A model generated the notes under the pieces. That model was not told where the DNA came from and did no database searches. It saw only the letters and a program-made list of their open reading frames with translations. Below, piece by piece: positions 39,252 to 50,600 of a stretch of DNA of 64,000 nucleotides. The DNA comes from Bacteroidota bacterium (GTDB lineage Bacteria > Bacteroidota > Bacteroidia > UKL13-3), in assembly GCA_947477885.1 (NCBI GenBank), contig CANJUD010000004.1, positions 36,997-100,996 on the forward strand, given 5' to 3'. Within the stretch, counting starts at the first letter, position 1. Every line of letters begins with the position of its first letter. The position numbers and the translations under genes are program-made.

Positions 39252-39258
39252 TAATATA

Positions 39259-40836
39259 TTACTCCTTAGTATCCCATTCCCACACAGAATAATACTTGGC
39301 AAACTCTATCAATCGTTTATGAGTTTTAAATACACCTGTAGGAGTTTTGGAGAGCAATAGGTCCCAATTTGCATTGGGTGTTATAATAAACTTATAAGGT
39401 GCCGAATCGAGTGCTTCTATGGTGCGAATTCCAAATTTTGTTTTTGCATAGCCAATCAAATCACGGTCGTACGGTTCATATTGGTCTAGTGGTTTCGAGA
39501 GTAAAATAAACTGGGTTATGTTTTTACGATTATTATAGCTCGATTTGAAATAGGTTTTCATGGAATACAGCCATTCATTGTAATAGATTGTTGGTTCTGC
39601 AGCTATTAGAATTGGCGTATTCTCATTCGTGTTTTCTTTAATATATTGCAGCATTAAATTTGATTTTATCCCTTCATCAGCATATATATAAGTGCGGTAG
39701 AAAGCCACAACTACTTGGCATGTAACCAAAAATACCGTGATTAAAATAACATACTTATAATACTTTTCGATATAGTTTAACATATATAACAATCCAAAGC
39801 ATACTGCCAATGCTGGTCCTATTGCAGATGGGATTAAATATCGTTCGGTCATAGCAGATTTCATGTATATAACAAATTGTGGTCCCAATAGCAATACATT
39901 GAATATAATAACAAATCCAAAATCGGAATAGAAGTTTTTGAATAGTGATTTTATTCGCTGCGGCGAATTATCTCTCTGATTTTTAATCCAAAATAACAAT
40001 ATCAACCCCAGTGAAATGGCAAATCCATTGGTGAGCAAAAACAACCACACCGCTGATTTTAAAATGTTTAATATATATTTGAGCGAGAATCCATCATACC
40101 CCGCATACCCTATATTTTGATTGCCCACCAAAAACTTGATGCAAGCCAAACCTATGACAACGAGTATAATATTAGTAATACAAAATATCTTGTTATTCTT
40201 TACAATATCCCAACTAAAAGTTTGATATTTCATATAGAGCATCCATACCACAAAAGCTGGAATAGCAATCAAAAATGTTTCTTTGAACAGTGCTCCTGAA
40301 ATAATAAATATGCTATAAAATATATATTTTAGAATCGTAGTGAGATTTGATTTTGTATGCAAGGTATATATATAACTTGCGGCTAATATGCAAGTAAGCC
40401 CTTCTGTTTCGCCCAAGCCCAGCCTGTACCAGAGGGCTACTTGCATACCCATCATACTCATAAACGAAAATAAAAGAGCGAATGAAGCATTGTTTTTATA
40501 AGTCTTTAATCCCAAAAATAAAAACAAACATGCAGTAATCATTGCATGCAGTAAATCATAATAGTAGTAATTGGAAAAAGTATCGCCCCAAAAATATATT
40601 TTGGTGATATAAGTAATATAATAAAAAAATCGGAAACGGATATCTAAATCATTACTAATCCACTTATGCATAGTGTGCCAGTATCCATTGGCTTTTAAGT
40701 CGTCGGATATTTGATATATGGCATGGTCATCAGTAAAATGAAAACCACTCTGAAAAGCCCCACTAAGTTTTAAAAACAAAAACCAAAATAGACTGAGTCC
40801 AATAATTATATATATATTCCTTTTGGTATTTTTCAT
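39259..40836 (-). CDS. Polytopic membrane protein, GT-C-type glycosyltransferase-like (ArnT/PMT family 39-like)
   Basis: 525 aa, about 12 predicted TM helices. Aromatic-rich loops typical of GT39/ArnT-like proteins. Assignment tentative. Confidence 0.5.
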   Translation of the reverse strand: MKNTKRNIYIIIGLSLFWFLFLKLSGAFQSGFHFTDDHAIYQISDDLKANGYWHTMHKWISNDLDIRFRFFYYITYITKIYFWGDTFSNYYYYDLLHAMITACLFLFLGLKTYKNNASFALLFSFMSMMGMQVALWYRLGLGETEGLTCILAASYIYTLHTKSNLTTILKYIFYSIFIISGALFKETFLIAIPAFVVWMLYMKYQTFSWDIVKNNKIFCITNIILVVIGLACIKFLVGNQNIGYAGYDGFSLKYILNILKSAVWLFLLTNGFAISLGLILLFWIKNQRDNSPQRIKSLFKNFYSDFGFVIIFNVLLLGPQFVIYMKSAMTERYLIPSAIGPALAVCFGLLYMLNYIEKYYKYVILITVFLVTCQVVVAFYRTYIYADEGIKSNLMLQYIKENTNENTPILIAAEPTIYYNEWLYSMKTYFKSSYNNRKNITQFILLSKPLDQYEPYDRDLIGYAKTKFGIRTIEALDSAPYKFIITPNANWDLLLSKTPTGVFKTHKRLIEFAKYYSVWEWDTKE

Positions 40837-40876
40837 TTACAATCAATCACTCCAGTTGTATATATAGTATTATGAC

Positions 40877-41602
40877 TTATCCTTTATAATCTTTCAAATA
40901 GGCTGCAGCTCTGTCTCTATCAGGAAGTTTACATTCATAAAATCTGTAAAATGCCAATCCTTTGCTAATTCCAAAGACCGAGCATTTACAGTCATCGTAA
41001 AAGTATTCGAGAACTTCTTGCACCTCTCTTGCCTTATTTACGTGTTCGTGGTTCATCAGCACATGATAGGGGAGTTTGTGTTTGAGCCAAAATTCAATAC
41101 CGGTGGTAAGGGTATAGCCCAATTTCCACATAATAGTTCCTTCATTGGGAATAGAAATACGCAGGCTCCCGCCTTCGTTCATCATCAAACAACTTTTAGC
41201 AACCACCTTCGGTAGGTCGGTAACATGCTCAAAAGTAGCTATAGCTGTTATGCGGTCATATTGTTGTTTAAGTTCTATTTCGTCAATATCATCATAAATA
41301 TTGCGAACTTTACTGAGCAAGGGATTTCCTTCAAACAAACTTTTGAAAGGCTCAATTATATCGTATGGGGATGCATCTTCATACTGCAATTGGTTTAAGG
41401 TGCCTGCACCGATTTCCAATGTGGCTTTATCGCTTTTGCCCACAAGGTCGGCAGCAGCTTTTTTGTGCAGCCACTCTTCCATCTTATTTGATACAGAAGT
41501 GGCGGCAGTAGCACCATCACGGTTTTTCCTGTAGTGTTCAGCATAAATTTTTTGGTAGGCTTCAGGCAGCACTGACCTTTGTTTGGGGAATTTTTCGAAC
41601 AT
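40877..41602 (-). CDS. Class I SAM-dependent methyltransferase
   Basis: Motif I LEIGAGTLNQL. Likely start at MFEKFPKQ. Confidence 0.7.
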   Translation of the reverse strand: MFEKFPKQRSVLPEAYQKIYAEHYRKNRDGATAATSVSNKMEEWLHKKAAADLVGKSDKATLEIGAGTLNQLQYEDASPYDIIEPFKSLFEGNPLLSKVRNIYDDIDEIELKQQYDRITAIATFEHVTDLPKVVAKSCLMMNEGGSLRISIPNEGTIMWKLGYTLTTGIEFWLKHKLPYHVLMNHEHVNKAREVQEVLEYFYDDCKCSVFGISKGLAFYRFYECKLPDRDRAAAYLKDYKG

Positions 41603-41695
41603 AGTTTTGGTTAAAAAAGGTTTCAAAAATACAATAAAATAAATATATGGAGGCACCGTATTTTATATCAGCTCAAAGTTTCTTAAATTTGACCC

Positions 41696-42550
41696 GTGAA
41701 AAAATATATACTTCCGTTGTTGATTCTGGTATTCATAAACAATATTAATGCTCAAAAAAAAGACGCTTATATAATCTATAACAATAAAGGCAAAAAAGTG
41801 ACGTATGCCCAAATGTTAAAATCAATGTCAGCGGCTGATATCGCTCTGTTTGGCGAACAACATAACTGTGCAATTGCCCATTGGCTGCAATTAGAAACAA
41901 TCAAAGATTTATATAGTAAGCGAAAGCTAACCTTGGGTGCCGAGATGGTTGAGGCGGACAATCAAACGCAATTGGATTTATATTTGAACGGTAAAATAAA
42001 TCAAAAGGCTTTTGATACTACTGCCAGGCTTTGGCCCAATTATGCTACAGACTATGCACCCTTGGTAAATTTTGCAAAGGATAGTCATTTGGTTTTTGTT
42101 GCTACCAATATTCCGAGAAAATTTGCAAATCAGGTAATGAAAAGAGGTTTTCAAACCTTAGATAGCTTAACTCCACAACAAAAGACTTGGATGGCTCCGC
42201 TACCTATGGCTTATGATTCTACATTACCTGGATATATAAAAATTGTAGAAATGATGGGCGGACACGGTGGTTCCAACATGCCCAAAGCCCAAGCCACCAA
42301 AGATGCGACCATGGCGTATTTCACGCTTAAAAATTATGTTTCCGGAAATCTGTTTGTACATTTTAATGGAGCATTTCACAGCGATAATCACGAAGGAATA
42401 TTATGGTATCTGAAAAAAGATAAACCCAATCTAAAATATATAACAATAAGTACCGTAACCCAACAAGATATATATAAACTAGAAAAAGAAAATATTGGCA
42501 AGGCTGATTTTATAATCTGTGTAGATGAGGATATGACGAATACTTATTAG
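41696..42550 (+). CDS. ChaN-family lipoprotein (heme/iron-associated Tiki/TraB-like fold)
   Basis: Signal peptide. GEQHNCAIAHW motif characteristic of the ChaN family. Confidence 0.6.
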   Translation: MKKYILPLLILVFINNINAQKKDAYIIYNNKGKKVTYAQMLKSMSAADIALFGEQHNCAIAHWLQLETIKDLYSKRKLTLGAEMVEADNQTQLDLYLNGKINQKAFDTTARLWPNYATDYAPLVNFAKDSHLVFVATNIPRKFANQVMKRGFQTLDSLTPQQKTWMAPLPMAYDSTLPGYIKIVEMMGGHGGSNMPKAQATKDATMAYFTLKNYVSGNLFVHFNGAFHSDNHEGILWYLKKDKPNLKYITISTVTQQDIYKLEKENIGKADFIICVDEDMTNTY

Positions 42551-42617
42551 GAATAAAGAGTAAGGAGCTGACGCCGAATGGCACTTATGCCTTAATCCTT
42601 TTTCCCTAATGATTCTT

Positions 42618-45600
42618 CTATTTCTTCGGAATTATATATTCAAACTCTTTGCGATAAAACAGCCCTACACCTCCTGACATTACATTCTGGCTTAATACTG
42701 GATTGCTAGTATTGCGGTTAAAAACGTTCAACCTGAAATTACCGTCCTTGGTAATTAAATATTGGGCCGATGCATAACCCAGTTGGGTATTATCAATATT
42801 GTATGCAGCTTCCAATATAAATTTATTATTGAAATTTTTAAGCAATCCGATAATAGTTTGTTTTGATTGCGTGGTATTCGAAGATTGATAATTAATAGTT
42901 ACTTCCCATCCCGGAACTACTTGCGAAAGCCAATTACTCGCTTGTGCTGATAGCAAATCATTCACACTCCCGTTTACACCACCTGTAGTGAGACTGCCTA
43001 CATTTAGGCCACCTGTAGATGAGCCCTGCCTAGGTAAAAAACTTTTAATAAACAATAAACTAAATACTTGTCTATTCAGCTCTTCCGGGTCGCTTTCTAT
43101 TTGCTTGAGTGCAGTGATTAAAAAAGTATTATTGTCACTATTTTGGTTAGCTACATCGGGAAACTCAAGGCCAAATTTTATTTCGGGTTGTAATAGTAAA
43201 CCTCGCAAGTACATGATGGTATTTACAGTAATAAGTGGGCTGCCACTACTTGATGAATTGAGCAATGGTGCTGGGCTTGCTTTTATTTGATTATATGCTG
43301 TCATGTTCATCTGTGCTTTAAATGGATCGCCATCCCATATTAATGTGCCACCACTTTTTATTTTGAACATTTTATTATATATATTGAGTGCAGTAAACAA
43401 ATATTCTCCTTTTTCAATAGTATATAATCCGTACATTTTAAATTCACCTCTGCTATCTATTTCTAGTTTTAAATTTCCGTTTCCTTCACCTTTTATAATA
43501 TCGTTTATTGCCTTGTCAAATATCAGTTGTACCTCGGCATCAGGAGTAACTTCCAAATTAAAGTTCATTACAAAACCACTTTCATCCTTGGGTTTCTGAG
43601 ATACCACTTTTTTCTTAATTTTTGAAGTGTCTCTAGAAGTAAATTGTATAAAATCGCTCACATCGGAACCTTTATCATAGTTGATAGGGATGAATATTTT
43701 TGTTCCCTTTTCGCTTTTTGCATTAATATCCATTTGTATATGATCTACTGGGCCTGTAAACCGAGCACTACCGCTAGCATAGGCTACACCATAAAATAAT
43801 ATATTGTCTTTTTCAGTAGTATTTAAACACATCATATTGCGAACTTTTTTTAATGCCAAATCCAATACATAATTATCATAGCTCTTGTGATAAATTCTTC
43901 CTTCTAACATCGCACTACCTTTAATTCCTGTGCGATCTTCGAACAACGAAGCAATGCCCATATCGATATATTTTTTTTCAAGTTTTACAGTATGGTTATA
44001 TATAATATATCTTGTTCTGAGGTAATCAATCGTTAATGCAACTTCTTCTATATATATATATCCAGTTACTATGGGCTCCTTTAAGGTTCCACTTACTTTA
44101 AGATTCGCACTGGCCTTACCTTTAAGATTACTGCCTAGAAATTTAGCATACGATTCAAAACGTGATAAATCGGCATTGGGTAAAAGTAAATCTAGGTCAA
44201 GGTTATTGTTTTTAGATAGGTTTACCGTGCCATTTATTTTTAAATCTTTCATATAGCCAGATACTATTTTTATATTGGGAATTAATAGATTTTTACCTTG
44301 GTCATACTTTATTTTAAAATCCATTTCACCAACAGTATCTTTACCCAAAACAAATTGTTGTACATCTAAATCGGCATTAATTATAGGGTTGTCCAATAAT
44401 CTGTTCACATATATTAGTCCCGATGCTTGGCCATGCATACCGCCTTGCACCGTTTTCAAAAAGCCATTGATGATATCCAAATTAAAATAATGGCAACGCA
44501 CATTCAGCCCGCTTTCATAACTATGGCTTACTTCGCCGTCCAGCGACACATAAGTGCTACCCTGTAATATATTAAATTCAGGAATTATATATTTGCCATG
44601 GTAATAATAAAACCGACTATCATTTCTAATTTTAAATTGTTCATCATAAGCCCATACTCCTGAACTATCAAAATAAGCCATAATGGTATCATGTCCCAAT
44701 CTAATATTACCCGTTAAATCGAAACCATAGTTATTTAATTTTTTAGCACAATTTATTTTGAAAAATATACTTCCACCCTGCATAGTTGCATCTAATTTTG
44801 TCATATCAAAATTGATAGAATCGTTTAGGTTCATTTTGGTAATACTCCCATTAATTTTAGTGATATCTTCATTCTCTGGCTTAACAGTATTAAAGTTAAT
44901 TCCTTTAAATGATACATCGTCCCAAGCAAATTCAGAACAGTTAATAACGAGCTTTAAATTTTCATCAGCTTTATTATAACTTCCTGTTACTTCCCCAGTA
45001 CCAATTTTCATGTGAGGAAATAATAAATCTGTAATGGGTTTTGTGCTTTTTATCGCAAGTTTAAAGTTTAAATTGTGATCGAAAGCAATGGGCATTCTAG
45101 TGGCATAGTCAGGGAAGTAGTGATTGAAGAAATTATTCATGGCCACAGGCAAACTTCCTAGGTTATACTGCCCGCTAAGGTCCAAATCGAGTATATCAGA
45201 TTTAATGGATAAGTTACTAATTTTATCATTGCTATTTGTATAAAAACCTAAACTCACTGTTTGAAAAGTTTTATTATTTCTATTCACAAAAAGATTCTTC
45301 AATATGATACCACCCTCTATATTTTTTGCAGAATTCCCAGTAATATCTAGTGATAAATTGGTGGCAATTGTAGATGCGATAGTATCGAAATGGAGTGGAA
45401 GAAGATTCGCATTTTTAATAGTCGATTCAAAACTAAAATGGGGCAACTTGCCGCCAAAATCGATTATCCCCGCCATATTAAAATCTATATTGGGGTCAGC
45501 TACTATAATATTTCCTTTAAACGATCTGTGCCCGAATTTGCCATTTGCAGTAATATTACTATAAGTATATGATTTATATTCTACAGAATTAATCATTGAA

Positions 45601-46991
45601 TTAATTTTAGTATCAAGGTCACCTATTGTAAACCCACTGCCATCGATACTTGCGCTGCAGGTAATAAGGCCAACCGTAGGACTCATATTATAGAATTTTC
45701 CTGCATCAAATTTGTCTAAAGTAAATTCTCCTTTATAGGATGGTTTCATTCTATTGTTAGTTGGAAACTTCATATTTAGATTGCAAGTGCCAATTCCCAG
45801 TTCTGTTTTTATATTTCCATCAATAGCGAAATCAGAGATATAACCTCTAAAATTTCCAACAAAATCTATAATCCCCATTTTAGCAATTTGCACAGGTAGT
45901 TCAGGGAGGTGCAAGATGGTTTCCATTTCATCTTTTTCCGCAGTAGCTTTACTAATATCAAAACTCATGTGCGTTTTTTCTACATCAGGTAGGCCAGTAA
46001 AGCAGGCATTTCCATGCACTACAGTTTTTGCTCCATAATTTATTTTCGCATTTAAAATTCTTAAATTGCTAATAGGACCTTTAATGTTTCCACTAAATAA
46101 ATAATCTTCAGTAACGCCTTGCATTATATAATTAAAGTACACCAAATCGCGTGCACTCACCTTCGAGTTTATAATATGCCCATCAATTTTAACTGAATCA
46201 ACAAAGTCTTCCAGATCCTCATAATCATTATAAGTCAACTTCAGTTTATTTCCTATTTTGCTGTATGGAGTACTAAGTGAGAAATTATCGAACTGCATTG
46301 TCTTATCGCTCACAGCCAGCTTGGCTTCAACATTGGTTACTTGCCAACCACATTTCTCTATAAAGTTAAATCCAGTTATTTTGCAACTGATAGAATCATC
46401 AATCAATTTTATATTGTTTACTGTGGCGTTGAGATTTCTGAACTCCATATAATTCAAATCCAGTTGCCGTGTGTCAGGTTTCTTTCGTTTATCGCTCCAA
46501 CTAATCAAACTATTTTTCAGTTCAACATCACTGATATTTATAATAAATGGAGGTTTCTTGGGCCCACCTTTTACACTAGGTTTAGAGAAATATTTTCGGA
46601 TAAAATCAAGATTATTTCCCTTCACACCCGGGTGAACCATAAAGTTTAATCGAGCTTCTTCCAACACAACTTTATGTACTACAATATCTCGAGTAGTAAA
46701 AGTTTTTAAATCAAGATAAGCTGTTAATTTTTTGATACGACAAAAACTATCTTGCTGCTGGTCGTTCATTATTACACCATAAAATTCGAATTTATAAAAA
46801 GTGAAAGCCACACTATCAATATGTAAAGTGGTTTTTAATTCTTCACTGTAATACTTCTCAATTTTATGTATAAAATAATTTTGAAATGGTTTGCTGTTGA
46901 GCAACACAAACAAATTGGTGGCCAGAAAAAATATGGCCGATACCAAAAATACTGATATTTTTGTGAACTTTTTACGCAAACCTTGCTGCAA
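42618..46991 (-). CDS. tamB: Translocation/assembly module protein TamB (AsmA-like, DUF490 C-terminus)
   Basis: 1457 aa, N-terminal TM anchor, beta-rich. Divergent from tsaD, as commonly conserved. Confidence 0.75.
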   Translation of the reverse strand: MQQGLRKKFTKISVFLVSAIFFLATNLFVLLNSKPFQNYFIHKIEKYYSEELKTTLHIDSVAFTFYKFEFYGVIMNDQQQDSFCRIKKLTAYLDLKTFTTRDIVVHKVVLEEARLNFMVHPGVKGNNLDFIRKYFSKPSVKGGPKKPPFIINISDVELKNSLISWSDKRKKPDTRQLDLNYMEFRNLNATVNNIKLIDDSISCKITGFNFIEKCGWQVTNVEAKLAVSDKTMQFDNFSLSTPYSKIGNKLKLTYNDYEDLEDFVDSVKIDGHIINSKVSARDLVYFNYIMQGVTEDYLFSGNIKGPISNLRILNAKINYGAKTVVHGNACFTGLPDVEKTHMSFDISKATAEKDEMETILHLPELPVQIAKMGIIDFVGNFRGYISDFAIDGNIKTELGIGTCNLNMKFPTNNRMKPSYKGEFTLDKFDAGKFYNMSPTVGLITCSASIDGSGFTIGDLDTKINSMINSVEYKSYTYSNITANGKFGHRSFKGNIIVADPNIDFNMAGIIDFGGKLPHFSFESTIKNANLLPLHFDTIASTIATNLSLDITGNSAKNIEGGIILKNLFVNRNNKTFQTVSLGFYTNSNDKISNLSIKSDILDLDLSGQYNLGSLPVAMNNFFNHYFPDYATRMPIAFDHNLNFKLAIKSTKPITDLLFPHMKIGTGEVTGSYNKADENLKLVINCSEFAWDDVSFKGINFNTVKPENEDITKINGSITKMNLNDSINFDMTKLDATMQGGSIFFKINCAKKLNNYGFDLTGNIRLGHDTIMAYFDSSGVWAYDEQFKIRNDSRFYYYHGKYIIPEFNILQGSTYVSLDGEVSHSYESGLNVRCHYFNLDIINGFLKTVQGGMHGQASGLIYVNRLLDNPIINADLDVQQFVLGKDTVGEMDFKIKYDQGKNLLIPNIKIVSGYMKDLKINGTVNLSKNNNLDLDLLLPNADLSRFESYAKFLGSNLKGKASANLKVSGTLKEPIVTGYIYIEEVALTIDYLRTRYIIYNHTVKLEKKYIDMGIASLFEDRTGIKGSAMLEGRIYHKSYDNYVLDLALKKVRNMMCLNTTEKDNILFYGVAYASGSARFTGPVDHIQMDINAKSEKGTKIFIPINYDKGSDVSDFIQFTSRDTSKIKKKVVSQKPKDESGFVMNFNLEVTPDAEVQLIFDKAINDIIKGEGNGNLKLEIDSRGEFKMYGLYTIEKGEYLFTALNIYNKMFKIKSGGTLIWDGDPFKAQMNMTAYNQIKASPAPLLNSSSSGSPLITVNTIMYLRGLLLQPEIKFGLEFPDVANQNSDNNTFLITALKQIESDPEELNRQVFSLLFIKSFLPRQGSSTGGLNVGSLTTGGVNGSVNDLLSAQASNWLSQVVPGWEVTINYQSSNTTQSKQTIIGLLKNFNNKFILEAAYNIDNTQLGYASAQYLITKDGNFRLNVFNRNTSNPVLSQNVMSGGVGLFYRKEFEYIIPKK

Positions 46992-47011
46992 AGTTAACTG
47001 TTATAAATTTA

Positions 47012-48019
47012 ATGTCCGATATAATCATTCTTGCTATAGAATCAAGTTGCGACGACACGGGTGCCGCTGTGGTGGCCAATGGCAATATTCTTGCCAACGT
47101 GGTTGCGAGCCAAAGCATACACGAGAAATGGGGTGGGGTAGTGCCCGAGCTCGCATCACGTGCCCACATGCAACACATAGTGCCGGTGGTACACGAGGCT
47201 TTGCAAATTGCCGAAATCGATAAAAAAAATTTAAGTGCGGTAGCTCTCACCGCAGGTCCTGGACTTATTGGTTCACTGTTGGTTGGTGCTACGTTTGCAA
47301 AAAGTTTTGCCTTGGCTTTGGATATTCCCCTCATCAGCGTGAATCACCTGCAAGCCCACGTAATGGCATTGCTCATTGATGAACCCAAACCCAGTTTTCC
47401 GTTTTTATGCCTGCTCGTTTCTGGCGGACACACCCAACTGATAGTTGTAAAAGCCCCACTCGAATTTGAAATTATCGGACAAACAACCGACGACGCAGCA
47501 GGGGAGGCCTTCGACAAAACTGCCAAAATTTTGGGACTAACTTATCCTGGCGGACCATTATTAGATAAACTTGCCCAACAAGGAAATCATACCATTCATA
47601 AATTTCCCAAACCGCAAATTGCAGAACTCGATTTTAGTTTCAGTGGATTTAAAACATCGGTATTATATTATATAGAAAAACAAAAAAAACTCAATCCGGA
47701 TTTTGTTGCCGAAAATATAAATGATTTGTGTGCCGCTATACAATATACCATTGTAGAAACGCTCACAGATAAAGTATTAAAAGCCATCGAGCAAACAGGA
47801 ATTACCCAAGTAGCCATAGCCGGCGGCGTAGCAGCCAACAGCGGACTCCGTCTAAAACTACAATTATTATCCCAGCAAAAAGGATTCGATTTATATATTC
47901 CCGCTTTCCAATACTGTACCGACAATGCCGCAATGATTGCAATTACTGCCCATTATCAATATATGAAAAATGATTTCGCGGATCAGAGTTTGGCTCCTTA
48001 CCCTAGAGTTTCAGTCTGA
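47012..48019 (+). CDS. tsaD: tRNA N6-adenosine threonylcarbamoyltransferase
   Basis: IILAIESSCDDTGAAVV N-terminus. Kae1/TsaD metal-binding His motifs (NHLQAHV). Confidence 0.9.
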   Translation: MSDIIILAIESSCDDTGAAVVANGNILANVVASQSIHEKWGGVVPELASRAHMQHIVPVVHEALQIAEIDKKNLSAVALTAGPGLIGSLLVGATFAKSFALALDIPLISVNHLQAHVMALLIDEPKPSFPFLCLLVSGGHTQLIVVKAPLEFEIIGQTTDDAAGEAFDKTAKILGLTYPGGPLLDKLAQQGNHTIHKFPKPQIAELDFSFSGFKTSVLYYIEKQKKLNPDFVAENINDLCAAIQYTIVETLTDKVLKAIEQTGITQVAIAGGVAANSGLRLKLQLLSQQKGFDLYIPAFQYCTDNAAMIAITAHYQYMKNDFADQSLAPYPRVSV

Positions 48020-48101
48020 GTTTATCGAACACGTTTGAAGGTTTGTAGAATCTATTAACTGCATCTGGTTTGCTTAGCAGCCAAAAAGAAGCAGCACACA
48101 A

Positions 48102-50600
48102 CTATCCATCCCAATCAATCGAATCTCCCTTAACAGGCTCATCAGGCTTATCTTTCTGAGGATTTAGTTTATCATCATTCACATCTTTAAATTCCTTTTT
48201 GAATAATTCTTTCACCTTTTCTTTTTCTTCTTTGATGTTTTTAGATGCTTCTTTTTTAAATCCTTTTTTATCATAAGCAATTTTCACATCAGGAGGTACA
48301 CCCGTCATGTGCAAATAGAGGTAGATGCCTCGCCTGCCTTCGTCTATCAGTTCGCCAAACTCATCGCCGGTATTTTTAGCACGTTTCTTAAACAATACTT
48401 CATTCAGTTTTACTTTTATATAATAGTTCAAGTTATTATTAAAATCGTGTTCGCCTTTTATACTCAGGTTTATGGCATTCGATTGTATATTCATTTGCGA
48501 CATGTGTATGATGCCATCATATATCACAATATCATTTTCTAGTTTGCTAATTTTTAAGTTGCGGAGTTCGTTTACATCAATAAACTTGGCCATTTTAAGT
48601 GCAGGTTCAAAATTGTTCAATTCCCCATTTTCTATCTGCAAATGTCCTTCTGTTTTCATCTTTTTGCTTAGTACATTTAGTTTTTCATCAAAATATATAA
48701 ATGCCTGCAATCCTTTGATGGTAGATTTCCCGCCAATTTGTTTATAAGTTAGAACATCTTGCCCAAAGTTATTAAAGTCTTTAAAAAACTCACTCATGGA
48801 TATATCATATATATTGCCCTTTGTATCGAGTAAAAATCCATTTTCTATTTTTCTAAAATCTAAAGATTCAAAAACTATATTACCTCCAAACGCATTTGCT
48901 TTTAGGTTTTTTACAGTTATATATTGCTCACCCATTTGTGCAGTTGCAGTCGCATTCTTAAACATAAGTTTATTGAAATCGAATTGGTCGCAATCAAATT
49001 TTATTTTAGCTGAAACTCTTGGTGGAAAAGCAAAAGCACTATTTTGAGAGTCGCTAGTAAGACTACTTTTATATATAAAATGTTGTGATGAAAGGGCGGC
49101 ATTCAAATCTAAAATTCCCTTATTAAATATATAACCATACCAATTGCCAAGTTTCCCTTTCGCATCAAAATCGCTCTCATTAAAATAACCAGTAAATTTG
49201 TTCAGTTCTATATTGCTTTTGTTAAAAGTCAATACGCCATTCAAGTCTTTTAAATTATGCTCAGGCATATTATAACTTAGGTTATCAAATGAAATTTGTC
49301 CTTCTGCCTTAATATTTTCTTGAGCCGACTTACCTTTTACAGGATCATATATAATATTAATATTAGCATTTAATTTCCCCGATACCCTGAGCGATCCCGA
49401 ATTAGATTCGGGAGAAGGGTTGCTTTTTTTAGCCAATAAAAATTGCAAATCAGCAGCATCAATTTTAGCATTAAGTTTTGCTTCAATACTAGGATTGGTA
49501 AGGCCTTTAAGGTATAAGTTGCCCGCAATATTACTTTGCTTTATATTAGCAGTAAGGGTGGGAATATGTAATATACCGTCTTCTACATCGCTATTTTTTT
49601 CTATATGATATTCACCTTTTAAATTTATATTTTTTACCTGATATTTATCTTTATATAATACCCCATTTTTAACGCCAAAATTTACTTTAAACTCAGGTGA
49701 ATTATTCTTGTCTGTCCTGCCATTTAATTTGCAGTCTATATAAATATCACCCTCACTTTTGTATTCATTTGCATTGATAGATAGGCCTAGCAACGAAGCC
49801 AAAGAGGTGATTTTCATTTCTTGTCCTTTCACTGATATATCGATAGTTGACGCATTCCCATAATATATATTCCCCTCAATTCCTGTATTTAATTCTCCTG
49901 AAATAATGGTACTTTTTTGTATTGCAAATATTTCTTTATCAAAATTTACAGCACAATTCAAATAGCTTTTGAGAACTCTGTTTTTACAAATGAATATTTT
50001 ATTATTTTCTATTTCCAATTGATTAATATCGCTTCGCTGCTCAAATACAATTTCATTATTTTTTATGGTTCCTGTTGCTGTTAAACTATTGATATGAAAG
50101 GCAGTAACGATTTGATTTTGTATATGTTTAAAATTGATATTCCTGAGTTCAATATAATTTAATTTTAGCCAAAATTTACTGTCTGCTTTGCTGCTATCAG
50201 CTTTTACTATATCATAATTGTAATTCCCTCTTGCATCCACAAATCCGTCAATAGAGCCATTATCTAAAAGTATATTGGAGATTTGATAGTTTTTGGTCAT
50301 CACATCCCAAATATTAAAATTAATATAGGCATCTTTCACGATCAGCAAATTTCCTTTTCCTTGTTCAGGTTTATTGATGATACGAACTTGCTCCAAATGC
50401 AAACCAATATTGGGAAAATGCTTGAACATAGAAATCTCGACGGAGCCCACTTCTAATTTCGCATCGATTCTATTATTTATTTGTGCAACGGCATATTCTT
50501 TTAGGTCTTTGGCAAAATACCAAGCCAAACCATAACCTATCAAGGGCAGCGACAGGATAACAAATAAGCTAATCCACAGTATTTTTTTGAGACGTTTCAA
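48102..50600 (-). CDS. AsmA-family outer-membrane biogenesis protein
   Basis: 832 aa, N-terminal TM anchor, AsmA-like repetitive beta-rich sequence, Lys/Glu-rich C-terminus. Confidence 0.7.
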   Translation of the reverse strand: MKRLKKILWISLFVILSLPLIGYGLAWYFAKDLKEYAVAQINNRIDAKLEVGSVEISMFKHFPNIGLHLEQVRIINKPEQGKGNLLIVKDAYINFNIWDVMTKNYQISNILLDNGSIDGFVDARGNYNYDIVKADSSKADSKFWLKLNYIELRNINFKHIQNQIVTAFHINSLTATGTIKNNEIVFEQRSDINQLEIENNKIFICKNRVLKSYLNCAVNFDKEIFAIQKSTIISGELNTGIEGNIYYGNASTIDISVKGQEMKITSLASLLGLSINANEYKSEGDIYIDCKLNGRTDKNNSPEFKVNFGVKNGVLYKDKYQVKNINLKGEYHIEKNSDVEDGILHIPTLTANIKQSNIAGNLYLKGLTNPSIEAKLNAKIDAADLQFLLAKKSNPSPESNSGSLRVSGKLNANINIIYDPVKGKSAQENIKAEGQISFDNLSYNMPEHNLKDLNGVLTFNKSNIELNKFTGYFNESDFDAKGKLGNWYGYIFNKGILDLNAALSSQHFIYKSSLTSDSQNSAFAFPPRVSAKIKFDCDQFDFNKLMFKNATATAQMGEQYITVKNLKANAFGGNIVFESLDFRKIENGFLLDTKGNIYDISMSEFFKDFNNFGQDVLTYKQIGGKSTIKGLQAFIYFDEKLNVLSKKMKTEGHLQIENGELNNFEPALKMAKFIDVNELRNLKISKLENDIVIYDGIIHMSQMNIQSNAINLSIKGEHDFNNNLNYYIKVKLNEVLFKKRAKNTGDEFGELIDEGRRGIYLYLHMTGVPPDVKIAYDKKGFKKEASKNIKEEKEKVKELFKKEFKDVNDDKLNPQKDKPDEPVKGDSIDWDG

